Program-made: the position numbers and the translations under genes | Source of the DNA: Felis catus | Taxonomy: Eukaryota | Direction: 5' to 3' | DNA length: 64,000 nt | Assembly: GCF_018350175.1 (NCBI RefSeq) | Contig: NC_058368.1 | Coordinates: 119,908,001 to 119,972,000, forward strand | Shown: piece by piece, positions 37,813 to 52,348 of the stretch | Position numbering within the stretch: the stretch's first letter is position 1 | How the letters are laid out: every line of letters begins with the position of its first letter | Notes under the pieces: generated by a model | What the model was told of the DNA's origin: nothing | Database searches by the model: none | What the model saw: the letters and a program-made list of their open reading frames with translations, nothing else

Positions 37813-40800
37813 TTGTCTTATTTTTTACATGAGGAAATTGAGGCTCATAGAGGTGAAGTAATTTATCCAAACTGACAAATTGTGGGGCTTATTCTGGAGC
37901 CTACAAGCTGTGCCCTGTTAGGATCTTAATGCAATTCAGCATATGTGTTTGGGCTCATTCATTCATTCATCAAACATGTTTTACCAAACCTCTATTCTGT
38001 GCTGGGCACCACAAATGGTAGAATATCCAACAAATTCAGCAATGGTTTATTTAAAAATAAACAGTGCGGTTGTGCTGTTTGACCATTAACCAGTTAATAA
38101 ACCCCTCGAAAAACAATTTTTTTTTTGCTTTTTTAGTATCAATAAATCAGACTTTTCTTAGGATGAAATGGTTTTCTCCCTGTATCTGGCTAATCAGTTG
38201 TAACCTATTTTCTCTTCAAATGGAGAGAAATGTTCCAGCCTCTATAGAAAGCTCAGCAGATTGGGAGCAAAAGTATGTTATGATTTTAACTACCAAGGCA
38301 TTTATGAGATCGTAATTGGCTATAATTGAGGGGATTCTAGAACACCTTGAGTTACAGAAAGATTGACCTTTTGCAGATCCTTCCACATCTGCCAGGACTG
38401 CTGAGCACATGTCAGTGGGACTTTAAGAGCGGCTGTGTCCCGCCCCCACACACATCACTTCTCTCTTCTGGTTGAAAACCTCTGCTCTGTTTAAGTTCTT
38501 GGGAAGCGGGTAATCGGAGAGACAATGCTTCCAAAAAAAGAAACAGAGTGGTGTCTGTCTTCTTACATTTGAGTATCTTTCACATTTCATGATGACTCTT
38601 CACACAGTATCTCCAGCTGGATTAATACCATTCTCTTCCTTGATTCTGACCTAATATACAGACTTCATAAGCCTTCTTATGAATTATCTTGCCAAAAACG
38701 TTAAAACATTCAAATGTTCTCATAAAATATTGAAACACGTGGTAGTATAATGGGCTCCACTAAAATTAAGTTGTTCAATTTCCCTTTAATAGTGATAGCG
38801 CCTGGAAGAGGTGGAAAGTAATATTTCTATTTGCCCGGAAGCTGGAGAATCCCAGCTGACATTGGAATCCACGATCAGCTCGGTGGTTAGGGAGGATTCC
38901 GCATCTATCCCAGGTTCCTGGCTTGGACGTGCAGTGAGTGTTGTGTACGTTTTTCTGCAGAAACACACAGCGCTCTGTCCCATGATGGTGTTTGTGTTAC
39001 TAAACGGACTTTTAGGAAAGCCCCGGGTGTCCCTCCAAGTACCTCCAAGGGAAGGTAACTCTTAGGGAGAAGAGCACAGGACAGGCTTGCACTTCTACTT
39101 GTTCAGCAGGGTTTATGGCCAAAATTTTTTGTCATTTCATTGTGAGATAATGGGCAGGCATATCTCAGCACATATTTCTTCTTTTTCTCCTTTCTATCTG
39201 TCTCTTCTTTCCTCTCCTTCCTTTTTCTTAAGATTTAGGTCAGTTTCTGCACTTTTCTCAAAAAGGATCAAACTGGATCAGCTCTGGCCTGATATGATTA
39301 CTTTTTTTTGGCCCAGTGCATTCGAGCCATTTCTCCATCAAGTCATATTAGTATAGGGATGGCTGGGTTTGGAGAGGTAGAGGCAGATTCTGCCTTCAGA
39401 AGGAGAGAAATGATACCCTCAGAATCTGAGCTGGCAGACAAAACATTTTCTCTTGCTGATATTTTCAGTCACCAGCTGGTACATGTTGAGCATTTTCCCT
39501 GTTGCATGGAAGATATTTATTGGTAATAGCCTGGGAGAAGTAGAACATTATTGCTGTGGTGATTCCTTTTGGCTAATTGGATTGTTGCATTTCATTTAAT
39601 GGGTGTATAAATACAATGATTACAGTCACATTTTAAAAAGTGGTCTGAAAGAGTGGGTATACTTTAGAGATAATTGTGGAGTTGGGAGTTGCGATTCACA
39701 GGGACTCTTTTTTTTTCCCCCCCTCTGGAAAATGTTTAAGATAAGTGTCTATAAATATTTAAATTATTTAGATATGTAGATGACAGGCCTTTTACAAGAA
39801 GACAGGACATAACTTTGCAAATAGTTTCTTTTTCCCTTTTAGGTTTCCTCTACCTTGACGATATTAGAAATGGCAGTAAAGTGGGATCTTATTATAATAT
39901 GATTCATTATTTATGAGAATAAGATATAGCACAAATCAAAACTGGGTCTCCTTTTAAACACATAAAGATACTACATTATCCTTGTCCTCAATATTAGCAT
40001 CATAAAGGGGACTCATTTCCCTTTATTTTTTTATGGCTTAAATGCAATGAGCTATATGAAATGCCCAGCATATAATATACAATGAGTAGATAGTATCAAG
40101 TTCATGACTCTAAGAAGACTGTTCGGAGCATAGAAGGTTGGGGGCAGTGACTTATGTTTAGGAACTTGCTTTGTTCCCTAACTGTAGATTTTCTAGTTCA
40201 GAGAGTCACCAACCACGTATCTGAAAAATGAGTCTGTCTCCAAACAGCTGAATGCAATGCTATGAGTCAAGACTGAGGGGAATAGGAAGAGAGGAACTCA
40301 CATTGGCTTAAATATAATACAATGGTTCATAGAGCTTAAAAGCCTACTGACAGGACCGGCTTCAGGTGTGGCTAGATCCAGGACTTAAAAGTGACTGTTA
40401 GGATACAGCCTTTTATTGAATTTCTACACTGTACTCTGAGCTATTTGCTGGGGTTACAACAATAGACACTAGCTGTGCCCACTTCAGGGAGCTCATGGTG
40501 AATAGCTGAAATGCATAAAGTAAAAAAGAATTATAACAAAATGTAATATGTGCAATAATAGAGGCACTTTGAAAACAAAACCATAATTCAGAGAAAAAGG
40601 TGATAAATATTTCTGAGGAGAGGTGAGCAAGGACTGCAGAGAGAAGTTAAACCCTGAACATTGTTTTTTAAAGAAACGCAGGAATTTTTACAGTCAAGCA
40701 AATTCAAGAAGAATGATTAATTGCTTTGGTTATGGTATTTGGGAAATTTACATTCAAATCTCAGCTCTGCCACTTGCAAAATGTACAGACTAGGGTAAGT

Positions 40801-41320
40801 TTCTTAAATTCTCAGGGTCTGTCTCAGTTTCCTTGTATGGGAACTAGGAGTGGGGCTGCTGAGCTCATAGAATTATCACACGGCTCCCATGAGTTGATGG
40901 CTGTGCAGAACTCACCTCGGGGCTGCCACAAAGGAAGCCCTCCCTGACCCTTCCCCTCTTGTATCTGATTACAGTAACGTGGAGCTTTGGATCCGGGTTT
41001 AACATCAGCCACAGTAAAATCAGGTAGCGTTTACGGAGGGTAAATATCATTCACTGTATTAAGCATTTCACTTGATTTATTTAAATCCTCCCTACAAACT
41101 CAAGGTAGTAGGAGGGTGACTATACTCACCTTCCCAGTGAGGAAACTGAAGCTTTGAGAATGGAAGGGGACTGCCAGGGTGACAAGGTTAGTGGGTGGTG
41201 CAGCTGAGCCATTGGTCACAATGCCTGTGGACGGAAGCGTGATACCATCCTTCCTTTTGTGCAGTAGACCACTAACTTCCTTCCATCAGCAGATTTGGCT
41301 TTTGGGTAGTCATGCTGTAG

Positions 41321-41911
<591 letters not shown>

Positions 41912-42519
41912 GGGAGGGGCGGGGGGCGGGGCAATGGGAGAAGAAAGAAATCATGTCACCATTTGGAAATAAACCTCCTAGCGAAATTCACATTTGAAAG
42001 AAAAGTAACAACTAACAATACGTTTGTGAGAACACAGTAGCCCATTGATACACTACTGCCTATTTACCTAGTTCACCTTAACATTTAAATCCACAGGGTA
42101 GATCTCTTTCCAGATGTGGAATTATAAGAAAATCTCTTTTTGGTTACTTGTTTGTTTGTTCACTGGGTCCCGTGTGCTGAGCATCTTACGTATAAGGAGA
42201 GCCAGCTACAGAGGAGTAGCTGAGAGGCCTTGGGAGTCCTCTCTCCCCAACTGGGTTTTTCTCTCATCTTCTCCCTCCCTCCTTTGAATGAGAGCATGGT
42301 AGAAAGAGATCTGGCCCAATGGCATAGGTTCGGGTTTTTTTAATTTTCCTTTTCCTTTTTGTTTATGGGGTGGGGGGGAATGGCAGATTTATATGACTTT
42401 TCACTCAAATCTATTATGTGCCAGTTTATATTGACGACATACGCATGAGTATTTGTGCAAACACAAGCACAACGATGTATGTACATACACACAGTGCACA
42501 CATGTCCCCAGGGCCGGGG

Positions 42520-43150
42520 CATCCTAAGGGGATCACCCCTGCTCCCAGCAGCAACCTCTTAGACTCCTTCAGACAGAGGAGTCTCAGCTCCTTTCTTAAA
42601 ACCCTTCTGGGAAGATTTCCCAGCCTCTTTTGGCAACACTTTCTACCATCAGGTAACCCTCGTCGTCAACAAATTGTCTTCCTTATTTTGAAATGAACAC
42701 CCTCAGGCTCCATAGTACGGTTTTGCTCTTTCTCTGCACTAGGAGAGGGTGAGAAGAGCTAGTAAAACATTCTTTGTATTAAAGAAACAAACATTCCTAG
42801 CCATGAAAATTCTCCCTGACCCCACACTCAGCCTTCCCCACCCTGAGCTGAGTTACCTTCCTTCTCTCAATGTTTTCAGAGTCCTTCCTGCCCACGTTTT
42901 AATGGCCTGGGCTTTTCATGTAATCTGCATTCAGTTCTCTGCATCCCTATATGGCTGTGGAAGTAAGAAAAACACACAGGACTTGAATAGGGGTCCAGCC
43001 TTTCGTTTTGTTTCTTTAAGAAGCACTTGTATTCCACACTCTACCTGATTTCTCATAGCCTTTTCAAACTACAGGGCTACATTGTTACTTCTTGGTAGCT
43101 GGTCTTGTCTTTAGTATTCCGGGATTTGGCTGTGTCTGTACTATGATGTG
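42520..43150 (-). mobile_element. Ancient CR1/L3 LINE 3' region inside the inferred 3' UTR
   Basis: Colinear with antisense CR1 motifs: cccagcctcttttggcaac...aaccctc...aaattgtcttcctta...ctcagccttcc...cagttctctgcatccct...acacaggactt. Confidence 0.5.
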
Positions 43151-43505
43151 GCTGTCATTTCCTTGATATGAATGCACAACCCAACTGGATAACTAGAGCT
43201 TGAAAATGAAGGTTTTGGCTTTCTAAGCTATCTTTCTTGAGTCCATCTTTGGCCTGTAGAGACACAGCCAAAAAGAAACTGTTAATAGCCATCTATCCAT
43301 ATGGTTCTGTATTCCATAAATGTACTAATAGGTCTTTCATAGGCTTGTGGTAAATGAGGATGAAAAGACCAGTTTTTATTTTCAGCATTCCTCATGCATT
43401 TCAGTGGGAACTTAAACAATAATTTGTCAATCATTGTTTGTGTGCCAAGCACTCCTATTTTTATTTTTTATTGTGTGTGTGTGTATGTGTATATGTATCA
43501 CAGGT

Positions 43506-43511
43506 AATAAA
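43506..43511 (+). terminator. Candidate proximal polyadenylation signal
   Basis: AATAAA preceded by UGUA/GU-rich sequence (tgtgtatgtgtatatgta) with U-rich sequence downstream. Confidence 0.45.
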
Positions 43512-46257
43512 GGCAACTGGATGACGTCTGTAGGAGGGAAAAGTAATGACCACTTGCTTCCTTTTGAAATATTTTGTTGATGCACATTTATTATGTAAGA
43601 GGTTCTCTCTTGATTCCTGTTACTAGTGCCTATTTAGTATATGGATATCTTTCTGAATTTTTGTAATTCTTGCCCTCACCTCTGGGCGACAAACGCAGCC
43701 AATGTTTTCCTGTCCTGAGGTTCAAATGGAATTTAAAGGTCTACTTAAGTGAAAAAGAAAGTTCACCTGGGGAGTTGAGCTGTTAAGAGATTTACCATTT
43801 ATGAATTTAAGTGGTGTCCGTTTATGTATTAGTATATTAGCAGGCATTTGTTCGTAACTACAACATAGTTTTGTAAAGCCTACCAATATGTCTTGTTTCC
43901 TTTCAAAGTTTCTTCATACCATACCCAAATACCATCATCCCAATGATAGCAATCCTGCAAAGAATCACAGAATTGAATGGGTCAAGAAGAAATTGAATAC
44001 AGATAAAATATCCCCAAACTCACTTAGGTCGGATGATTCCTGTGGCCCTGTTGGAATTTGCCATCTACATTAACTGCCCAAGTTTCCAGCTTCCTTAAAT
44101 TTCAGGCCTGACTATAATGGTGTCAAGACAGAGATGCACTAGTAAGAACTGGAGGAGGAGGAAGATGTCAGTCCACCCCACTGTTTCTACCACCCGCTTT
44201 CCATAGGAAACCCAACACTGCAAAGAAAATGTTCATGGCGTATGTCCCTGACCCTTGACCCGTCGTGAATTTTTCTCTCCATAGGCAATCCTCATACCTC
44301 CCCGGTGATCGAAACTGGTGGTAGGAAATCTGATTAAAACAATAATAACAGTTTTAATCTGGGTCAGCTCTAAACTGACACCTACCCGAAGTAGTCCAAA
44401 TAGCTAAGACAACTGTGGGTGTTGATTATGGAGATGAATATAGACCTGATCAGGAAATCTTTGAGGAGCCACCAAGTCTGTGGGAAGCTTCTGTCCTTGT
44501 TTGAGTGCAGTCGTCCCCTGAGGAAAGTGTGGCCGGCCACAATGGAAATGAGCTCTGAGTAAGTGAGTTACACGATTAAACGTTCGGTTACCCCCGATTC
44601 ATGCCAGTTTCCCAGAGCTTAGAATAGCTTTAGGAACTTGTAGTTCACTTCTGGACAGAACGATATATGTGGTTCACTTCTTAAATACCGGTTATGATGA
44701 GGGCCGTAATTTGCTGATATGAAGAAACTAAGAACATCCGATGGATCGAATGAATGAGGAATCATATGTATAGAACCCCAACTTAGGTTGCAGTGCTAAA
44801 ATCCAGTGAGGTTGGGGATGTCACTCTCTACAGGTCCATGGATCTCCTGAAGTCAGAAACACATTTATGAAGTCCTCCTACCCACTATCAAAAAGGAAGT
44901 GACTTACGTTTAGCAGGAAAGGGCGGAGACAGGAAAATAAAACTGTGAGATCACTGTGGTGTCGTGATCTCCCTCCCCCTGCTGAGAAAAAATTGCACTG
45001 AGATGTGGTCATAAAACAACAAAGTGAGGTGGCTTCCAGAATATGCTGTGGTGTAATCCTTTGTGATTGTAGGCAGTTATCTTACTGGACATGCATGCCT
45101 GGTAAATTAAAATAAAAGGGGAACAACGCACAAATCATGTGTTCCCTTCGCCCTTTATTCCTCCTTAGCCATGTCTACCCTCAACTGATTCACTTAGGGA
45201 GACACATTTATTAGAAGAAAACTAATGGACCTTTTCATTTTTCAGTTGCCCTTGTTTGATTCAAAGGCACCTTTATTCCTAGGCACAGAAGTGTGTTCTT
45301 CATCGTGGGCCCTCTTAGTTGTCAACAGCTTGTGCTTCTGCATTACTTTTGCTTCTCTAGGCTTTAGATTCCCCTCTGATTATCCTTTGTTGCTGCCACA
45401 GGCAAAACACGCTCCAGTGAGAAGAAGAAAAGGCATATATGGTGTTTGGCAAAATTTCCTGACACCAACTCCCATAATGGGAGCCACACGTAGATTCTCA
45501 GACGTTTTCCTTCGTTATAGTTGTAACCTTCCAACTTTGTATGTACCGTGACGAATTAACCCAGCGCATTTGAGTGCTGGTATTTTCTGCCACTAGATAC
45601 CATCCTGTGGAATTTGACTAACCTTGGTCTTCTAGATGATCTTTGCTAGAGTGAATGAGAGTCTTTCTGTGAACTTTTAGGGAGAATTCTTTGTCACCTC
45701 CACTTGACATAGCAATTTTCAAAGGAAAAATGAAGAGAGTCATTGTTTTCCCCCTGGTGACTCTGTAGCAGATAAATGCTTTCGCCAATTTGCATGCTGG
45801 GTTGTAGGTTTAGCATGGGCCATTTCTCTCCTTAATGTCTTGGCATTGTTGGCATCTTGCAATCTTGATGGCCCACTGTTCCAATTTATTTATTTTCTTT
45901 TATTTGTCAAATAACACACTAGAGAAGGAATCTGAGTGAGTATTCTGTATTCTGAGCTAAAATGGAGTTAGATGTCATTTGTACAGGACTGTACAATGAT
46001 TAATATCTGCAGAGAAATTAGACCAAATGAAACCTGCTGGAATGAGTTTGATTTATATTGCCTTCATCACTCTGGATTTAGATGAAATGGTTATTGCTCT
46101 CCACCCCTGCTGAAAGAAAAGAGTCTTAAACTTTAATAATCACCATGTTATGATGCAACCACAGAACTTATATGTTTGAAATATCTGTATTTCTCATCTT
46201 GCAACATACATTCAAATGGAGATTCTTTTCCTAGTGACCTCCACTGCAAACTTTTAG

Positions 46258-46441
46258 CAGTGTTGTTCAATACTTGGTGTGCACAAAAATCTTTTGTAGT
46301 ACCTGTAAAAATGCAGATCCCTTTACCGTAGCTCCAGAGAGAGTGATTCAGAAACTTCTTGCAGGGCCAAGGAATATGCATTTTGGCCCAACATCTTTAA
46401 TGATTTTGATGGGATGGTCTCTGGACCTTTAAGAAATTCTG
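46258..46441 (+). mobile_element. MER5-like hAT element
   Basis: cagtgttgttcaa...tgtaaaaatgcagatcc...gattcag...ggccaaggaatatgcatttt...tgattttgat. Confidence 0.65.
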
Positions 46442-47111
46442 TTGAGGGAACTATGCAGAGGCCTGTATTTTCTCACTTCCTTTCACTTTTATTTCCACTA
46501 CAAAGAAGCCAAGGCTTACACTATTCATTATCTTAAGAGAAAAGGCCCAAAGAAAAGAATCCTAGGACTAGGGCAGAGTAGATTCCATGGTTCTTCTGCC
46601 CTTTCATCTGCCTGTCAACCACAGCACCTTTCCATTTTGTGCATATTTGTGTATTTTGTTTTTGTTTTGTTTTTTGCCAAACTGAAAGCCTGCATCAATA
46701 TAGTTTTATGTCTTGGTACTGAGGGTAGATGGGAGCACATCTCTGAGTGAGATGTATCCTTATGATACCCATCAAGCAAGGAAAAAAAGGTGAAGTTTCG
46801 CAAGGACAGTTGTTTGTTTCCAGGCCTTGTGCAGTCTGAGTCAGAGGAACTTGATTATGATCCATAATTTAATGGTGGTGTGTGTGGCCCCAAAGGCGGT
46901 CCCATTAACTGCACATATAAACACCACCAAAATGAATAGGCAGTGATTAGTGAATTTAGCTGCATCTCACCAATAAGATCCTGAGTCATTGAATTGCTAA
47001 GTTTGTCCAATTTGACTTACGCAAGATTATGACACTCTCAGATAGTTGAAGATCCTGAATGCCAATATTAACTAAAACCGGCAAGCAAAACCCATGAGGG
47101 AAAATAAATAT

Positions 47112-47195
47112 GGAAGGAAGGAAGGGAGGATAGAAGGAAAGAAGGAGAGGGGAGGGGAGGAGAGGAGAGGAGAGGAGGAAGGAAGAAAAAGAAAA
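47112..47195. repeat. Polypurine (GGAA/GGAGA) tract
   Basis: Nearly pure A/G run. Confidence 0.88.
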
Positions 47196-48533
47196 TTCAA
47201 AACACTGTTCATATTTCACATACGATGGCAAGAAGGAGATGACTTTCTATAATTTTCCACTCTGACCAGAAGGGATGGCCATACTATGATTATTAAGATA
47301 GAAACCATTTTAGGGAGTTTCAATGATCCAGTTGGTTCTACCCATATAACAGAATAACTGGGCAGGTATCAAATTCCCACGTGATACAAGAAATAGAGAA
47401 TGAATGCCTTAAATACACTCTCATGATGATCCTCCATGAATATTTAAACACCACTGTCATAGGAAAGTAAAGAATGGTTAATAAAATTAATAAACTTAAA
47501 TTGCCAGCTAAGATTATTTGGCCAAGATTTTTTAAAAATGTTAAATTGGATTCAGCTTGCTTCCCTCCTCTATTTCCCAAGTAGGGTCCCTTCATTGTCC
47601 CAGCTTCCTAACCTTTAAAAAAATGTTTCTCTTGTTTGTGAACAAAGTGTGTTTACTGGGGAAAGAATTTTTAGTTCCTAGACTGTCACCCTTGCTTTAT
47701 TTAGGGAATTTACTTTGAAAAAGCTAAAGAAAAATGTACCCTAGCCCTGCAACTATCTAGGGGTTTGTCCTGGGTTGAACAGGAGTGGTGATTTTCCTGT
47801 TAATCAGCCTCCTAAAAGCACTTACATGCTGACTGGAGGATTTAGTGTCTCCTTTCTCCAGCAACCTCTTTCATCTTGTCAGTTGATTCTTAGAATTGAC
47901 CTTTAGCTAATTTACCTGCATTTGCACAATAAAAATCAGCCTCACTTCAGACTCTCTCTACTGCTGGTGGTTGGCTCCATCCATCACAAATGGAAGCAAG
48001 ATTGATGCACCAGAAAGTAGCGGAGACTTGCTTAGTAACTGCACCTCCATGTGAGTGTATGGGAGTGTATACGCACACTTGTGCGATTTTTAGGTCAGGG
48101 TTGGGTCAGTGGCTAATGTCCATGATAATGCTATCTGCATGCATGGAAAAAGTCTTCCGGTTACAAAGTTTCAAAGCTTTGAATTCAGCACGAATTGCTC
48201 TTTACTATGGGTGTCAGTGCCTGACAATGTTGAGTAAAGCTGGTCTGCAGATGTGGATTTTGAGCACCACGGGTTTCAGGGTAAACATCAAACTCATTTT
48301 TATTCATATAGTCACTAGTAGCAATGACATTTACTCAAAAAAGAAAAAAAAATAGAAAAGGAAAGGGAAGAAAAGAAGATAACCATGAAAGCTAAAATAT
48401 ACACAGGATTTTCAGTGATTACTGGCAGTTTTTCTCAATTGCAGCCGGTGGTCATTGATTTATTCTTGTATGTGAGAGAAACAGTCTCAGGAAACACTCT
48501 TCTTCGATTTGTGTGGGTTATGTGTATTTCAGG

Positions 48534-48752
48534 CAGTGGGTCTCATTCAGGGGTGATTTTTGTCAAAGCCCCAGGGGACTTTTGGCAGGTGCCTGGAGAC
48601 ATTTTTGATTGTCGTGACTTGAGAGGTGCTAACTGGCATCCAATGGGTAAAGACCAGAGATGTTGCTAAACATCCCAGAATGCACAAGACAGCCCCACAA
48701 CAAATAATTATGCAGCCCCAAATGTCAATAGCGCTGAGATGGAAAAACCCTG
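48534..48752 (+). mobile_element. MER20, full length
   Basis: cagtgggtctca...ggagacatttttgattgtc...tgctaaacatcccagaatgcacaagacagcccc...aaatgtcaatagcgctgag...aaaccctg. Confidence 0.9.
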
Positions 48753-50554
48753 AATTAAGGGTTGGCTCTCATGTTCCAAAGCATTGTTGCCATGAAGAGA
48801 AAGCACATCTGGTTCAGGAGATTGGATGAGGTGGTGTGATAGTAATTATACCACCTTGCATCTCTACAGGGTTTACTTAAGATGGGATACAATTGTCCTT
48901 TTATGCAAATGTGAATGCTGAGATTTAGAGAAGTTTACATCCTGGTTTCTGGGGTGTCAGTAATGATGGGTTAGGTCTGCGGTCTGGGATTCTGTCTTCT
49001 AGTCACTCTCTGCCTCAGAAAAACGGTATTTCAGTGAAGTCATCAATCTTACAACTAAATGTGTTTGGTGTAAAGCACTTTGGGAGCATTTTGAGTTCAC
49101 AGGACCCTATTAGGGATGTTTTTCAAGCCAAACCACAGTAGCTAACAGGTGCTCTTAAGAAATGAAACAGGAACAAGGGAGAAAAAGTACTGAGAATAGG
49201 CCAATGATTTCATCGTCTTAAACTGCTTATCATGTACTTTGTTTCTTTAGGCCAAAAACCCCCTTGCTAACGATGACACTTAGAGCTAGGAAAATATTCT
49301 CATTCTCATACTGGAGGTCCCCATGCCCTTATTTTCAAAGACGTGACAAGTCTGAGCATAGACCCTGGCTATTGAGCCATATTATTTCATTTGTATGTAC
49401 TGACTTCATTAGGACACAAAACATGTTTGTGTCTTAAATATTTGACATTTTTCTTTCAACTTCTCATGCCAACATCCCAGTGTTGGAATAAAGGTCAGAA
49501 CATTCTATCCTCATGTCATCCAAGGGAAACTGGGACCCAGAGACTTTAAGTCAGTCATGCATTCTTTCCTTTTTCATGCATTCATTTGGCAGGCTTTTGT
49601 TGAGTGCCTACCATGTACAGGCCACTGTGGTGAGCATTATAATGTACTGGGGAATCACGTGTGTGATACAGCACTTGAATTCCTATCCCTCAATTCCTAG
49701 ACTAACATTATTTTTATATGTAATTCTGATCCACATTCTAGATTTCTAATTTAAATATTAAGTTATAAATGACGTTTATTAAGGATAGTGTGCACACAAG
49801 GAATATATGCCAGAAAACATGCCTTATCTAACCCTATAATTACCCAACAAAGTAGGCCCTGTTACTGTCCTCTTCTCACAGATAAAGTCAGTGACAATCA
49901 GAAAGGTAAAGTCGCATGTAACTTGACAGTGGAAGAGCCAGATTTCCATCTGGGTTTATTAGACTCCAACCACCTCATTATATAATGTTTTGTCTCTGTT
50001 CTCTGGATTTCACCTGTTTCTGGTTTCTTCTACTCTAACCAAAAGGTAGCCAGGAAGAACCCAGCCTGACACCCTTCCGGAAAGTCATTAGCTAATAAAC
50101 TATAAATCCCATTAGACATGCACCTTCCTAGGAGATAAAGAAGGACACACCTGGAGGGGTAGTCTTGCCTCCCACAGACTGTACTTCCTAACACACACCC
50201 TATCAAGGGGCAGTAACGTTACAGAACACATGTCTGGGGAACACTGATGCCCTAAGAAACCCAAAGTGGTGAGATACGTTCTGTGTTAAGACGATGGTGC
50301 CTACACGTGCTTCCTGGGCATTTACAGGTTACCAGGGAGATCTCATGGGAGGTAAAATAGGCCTGCATGCGTGTGTGTGTGGGTACGTGCGTGTATGTGC
50401 TATTTTCACCTTTGGGCCTTCTAAACAGTATCAGTTTTTTCAAGATAGGTCAGAAATCCAAACATGATTGGCTGCCCCCAGAATCTCATCATTACTGTTC
50501 TAAGTTGGAAAATAAGAGAGGCAGCCACGAAAGGAAACTGCACTGAAATAGGAG

Positions 50555-50695
50555 TGCGTGTATGAAGAATATGTATATATGTGTGGTGTGTATGTGTGTT
50601 AATATATAACTTTTATGTATATATGTATATATGTGTGTACATCTATCTAAATGTATATATCTATCTATATCTATACATATGTATACACACATAAA
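50555..50695. repeat. Degenerate (TA/TG/TCTA) low-complexity tract
   Basis: Direct inspection. Confidence 0.8.
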
Positions 50696-52140
50696 TCTGA
50701 TAGTTTGAAACTGGGATTTTGAGTTTGAGGGATTATTATTATTATTATTATTATTTATAATTGGTTTCCTAGATAGTACTGTTTTCCAAAGTTATCTCCC
50801 ACTATGAGTGTGTATATATTATGGTACCAAAAATATGATTAGAATACCTTGGTATAACATCTATGGATACAAAACCAAAGTGCATTTAAGGAAAAGTCAA
50901 ACTTGTAAAAACTGGCTTTCTTATTTGAACTAGTGGTTTGAATTCCAAACTATGTGTTTTCGAACATGATCATTCCCACCCCCCCCAAAAAAAAGTCCCA
51001 AAAGAACAAAAAGCAAAAACCCCACCAAATGAATATGATGATATTTAAGAAGAAAAGAATAAGACTATCTAGGTCTACAAGAGCACAAATTCAGTGCTTA
51101 TTACACTAATGGTACTTCACCTGCTATCCATTAGTTTATTCTTTCCCTACTGGTTTCACTTTAGCATTCGTGGGAAGGGGATCCCTGTAACCCCACACAA
51201 TTTGTATGTGGAGCTAGTTACCTGTTTGTTTTAAGACTATAGTAAATAATTTGTAATATGCACATTGTAAATATATAGTACAGCTTAAGGGCACGTTGTA
51301 ATAATAACCAAACACTTTCCAGACTCCTGCATATAACCCAGAAAGCCTGTTCAGACAGACACCAAAACAGCTGCTCAAAGAGGGAGCAACATACAGTGAA
51401 GTGAAAGACAATTGCTTATATTTTGGCATCTTATAGACAGAATGGCCAAATGACTAAATTTAATCGGGGCACTCTTAAGAATATGGTCAGTTATGTTTTC
51501 GTTCATAACCACATGCTTTACATGTTTTGCGTATTCAGTCAACCTATGCAAACAGAGCTTCCCTGGAGGTCCATGGGATCAGTTTGTATGCCTACAAGCC
51601 CATCCCCTCAGAAATAGCCTGACTCCCAGCCCAGGGCCAGCCTACCTGTCCAAGCACACAATCCTTCTCCCAGGGACCTGTCAGGTTTGCTCACACAATC
51701 AGAAGCGTTTGCAAGATAATTCAGTACGGTCACTTTTTTTTCCCCGTAGGCTCCCTGCAGATGTGGTCTTAAAAGCATATGAAAGAAAAATCAATTTTGT
51801 AGCAATTAAACGTTCTAATTAGCTTTAAGAACACTTGAAAAAGGAGTGGTTGTTTGTCCCAGCGATTTTGGAGCATAGGGGGAAGTTTTACCTCATCCCT
51901 GGCTTCAAGTTCCCCTATCATTTTCTCTCATTGATTTATTTTTAATTCCAAAGGAGAATGTTGAGTCAGGAGAATTTTGTTTGAAATATTCTTAGTGTAT
52001 AAAAGGACAGAGTAACGTGTTTTTTGTAAATCAGGAGGGGTGGAGAAGTGCCAAAACCCCTGATTACTCTGTTTCTGATATAAAGAAACGGATTCATGAA
52101 TTCATGGAGTGGTATCCTTCTTAAAACACATAGAAACACA

Positions 52141-52348
52141 GATGCACCTGGGTGGCTCGGTCAGTTAAGTGACTGATGCTTGATTTCAGCTCAGGTCATG
52201 ATCTCACTATTCTTGGGTTTGAGCCTGGTGTCGGGCTCCTCACTGACAGCATGGAGCCTGCTTGGGTTTCTCTCTCTCCCTCTCTCTCTGCCCCTCCCCT
52301 GCTCATGTTCTCTCTTTCTCTCAAAAATAAATACATAAACTTTTTAAA
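52141..52348 (+). mobile_element. Can-SINE in sense orientation within the inferred 3' UTR
   Basis: Consensus body; TSD aaaacaca(t/g)agaaa(c/t)aca; AATAAA at 52326-52331. Confidence 0.93.

Noticed and set aside
48258-48280. REST/NRSE-like motif TGAGCACCACGG (similar at about 58383 and 30882)
   Set aside because: Only the left half matches; the right half (GACAGCGCC) is missing or inverted.
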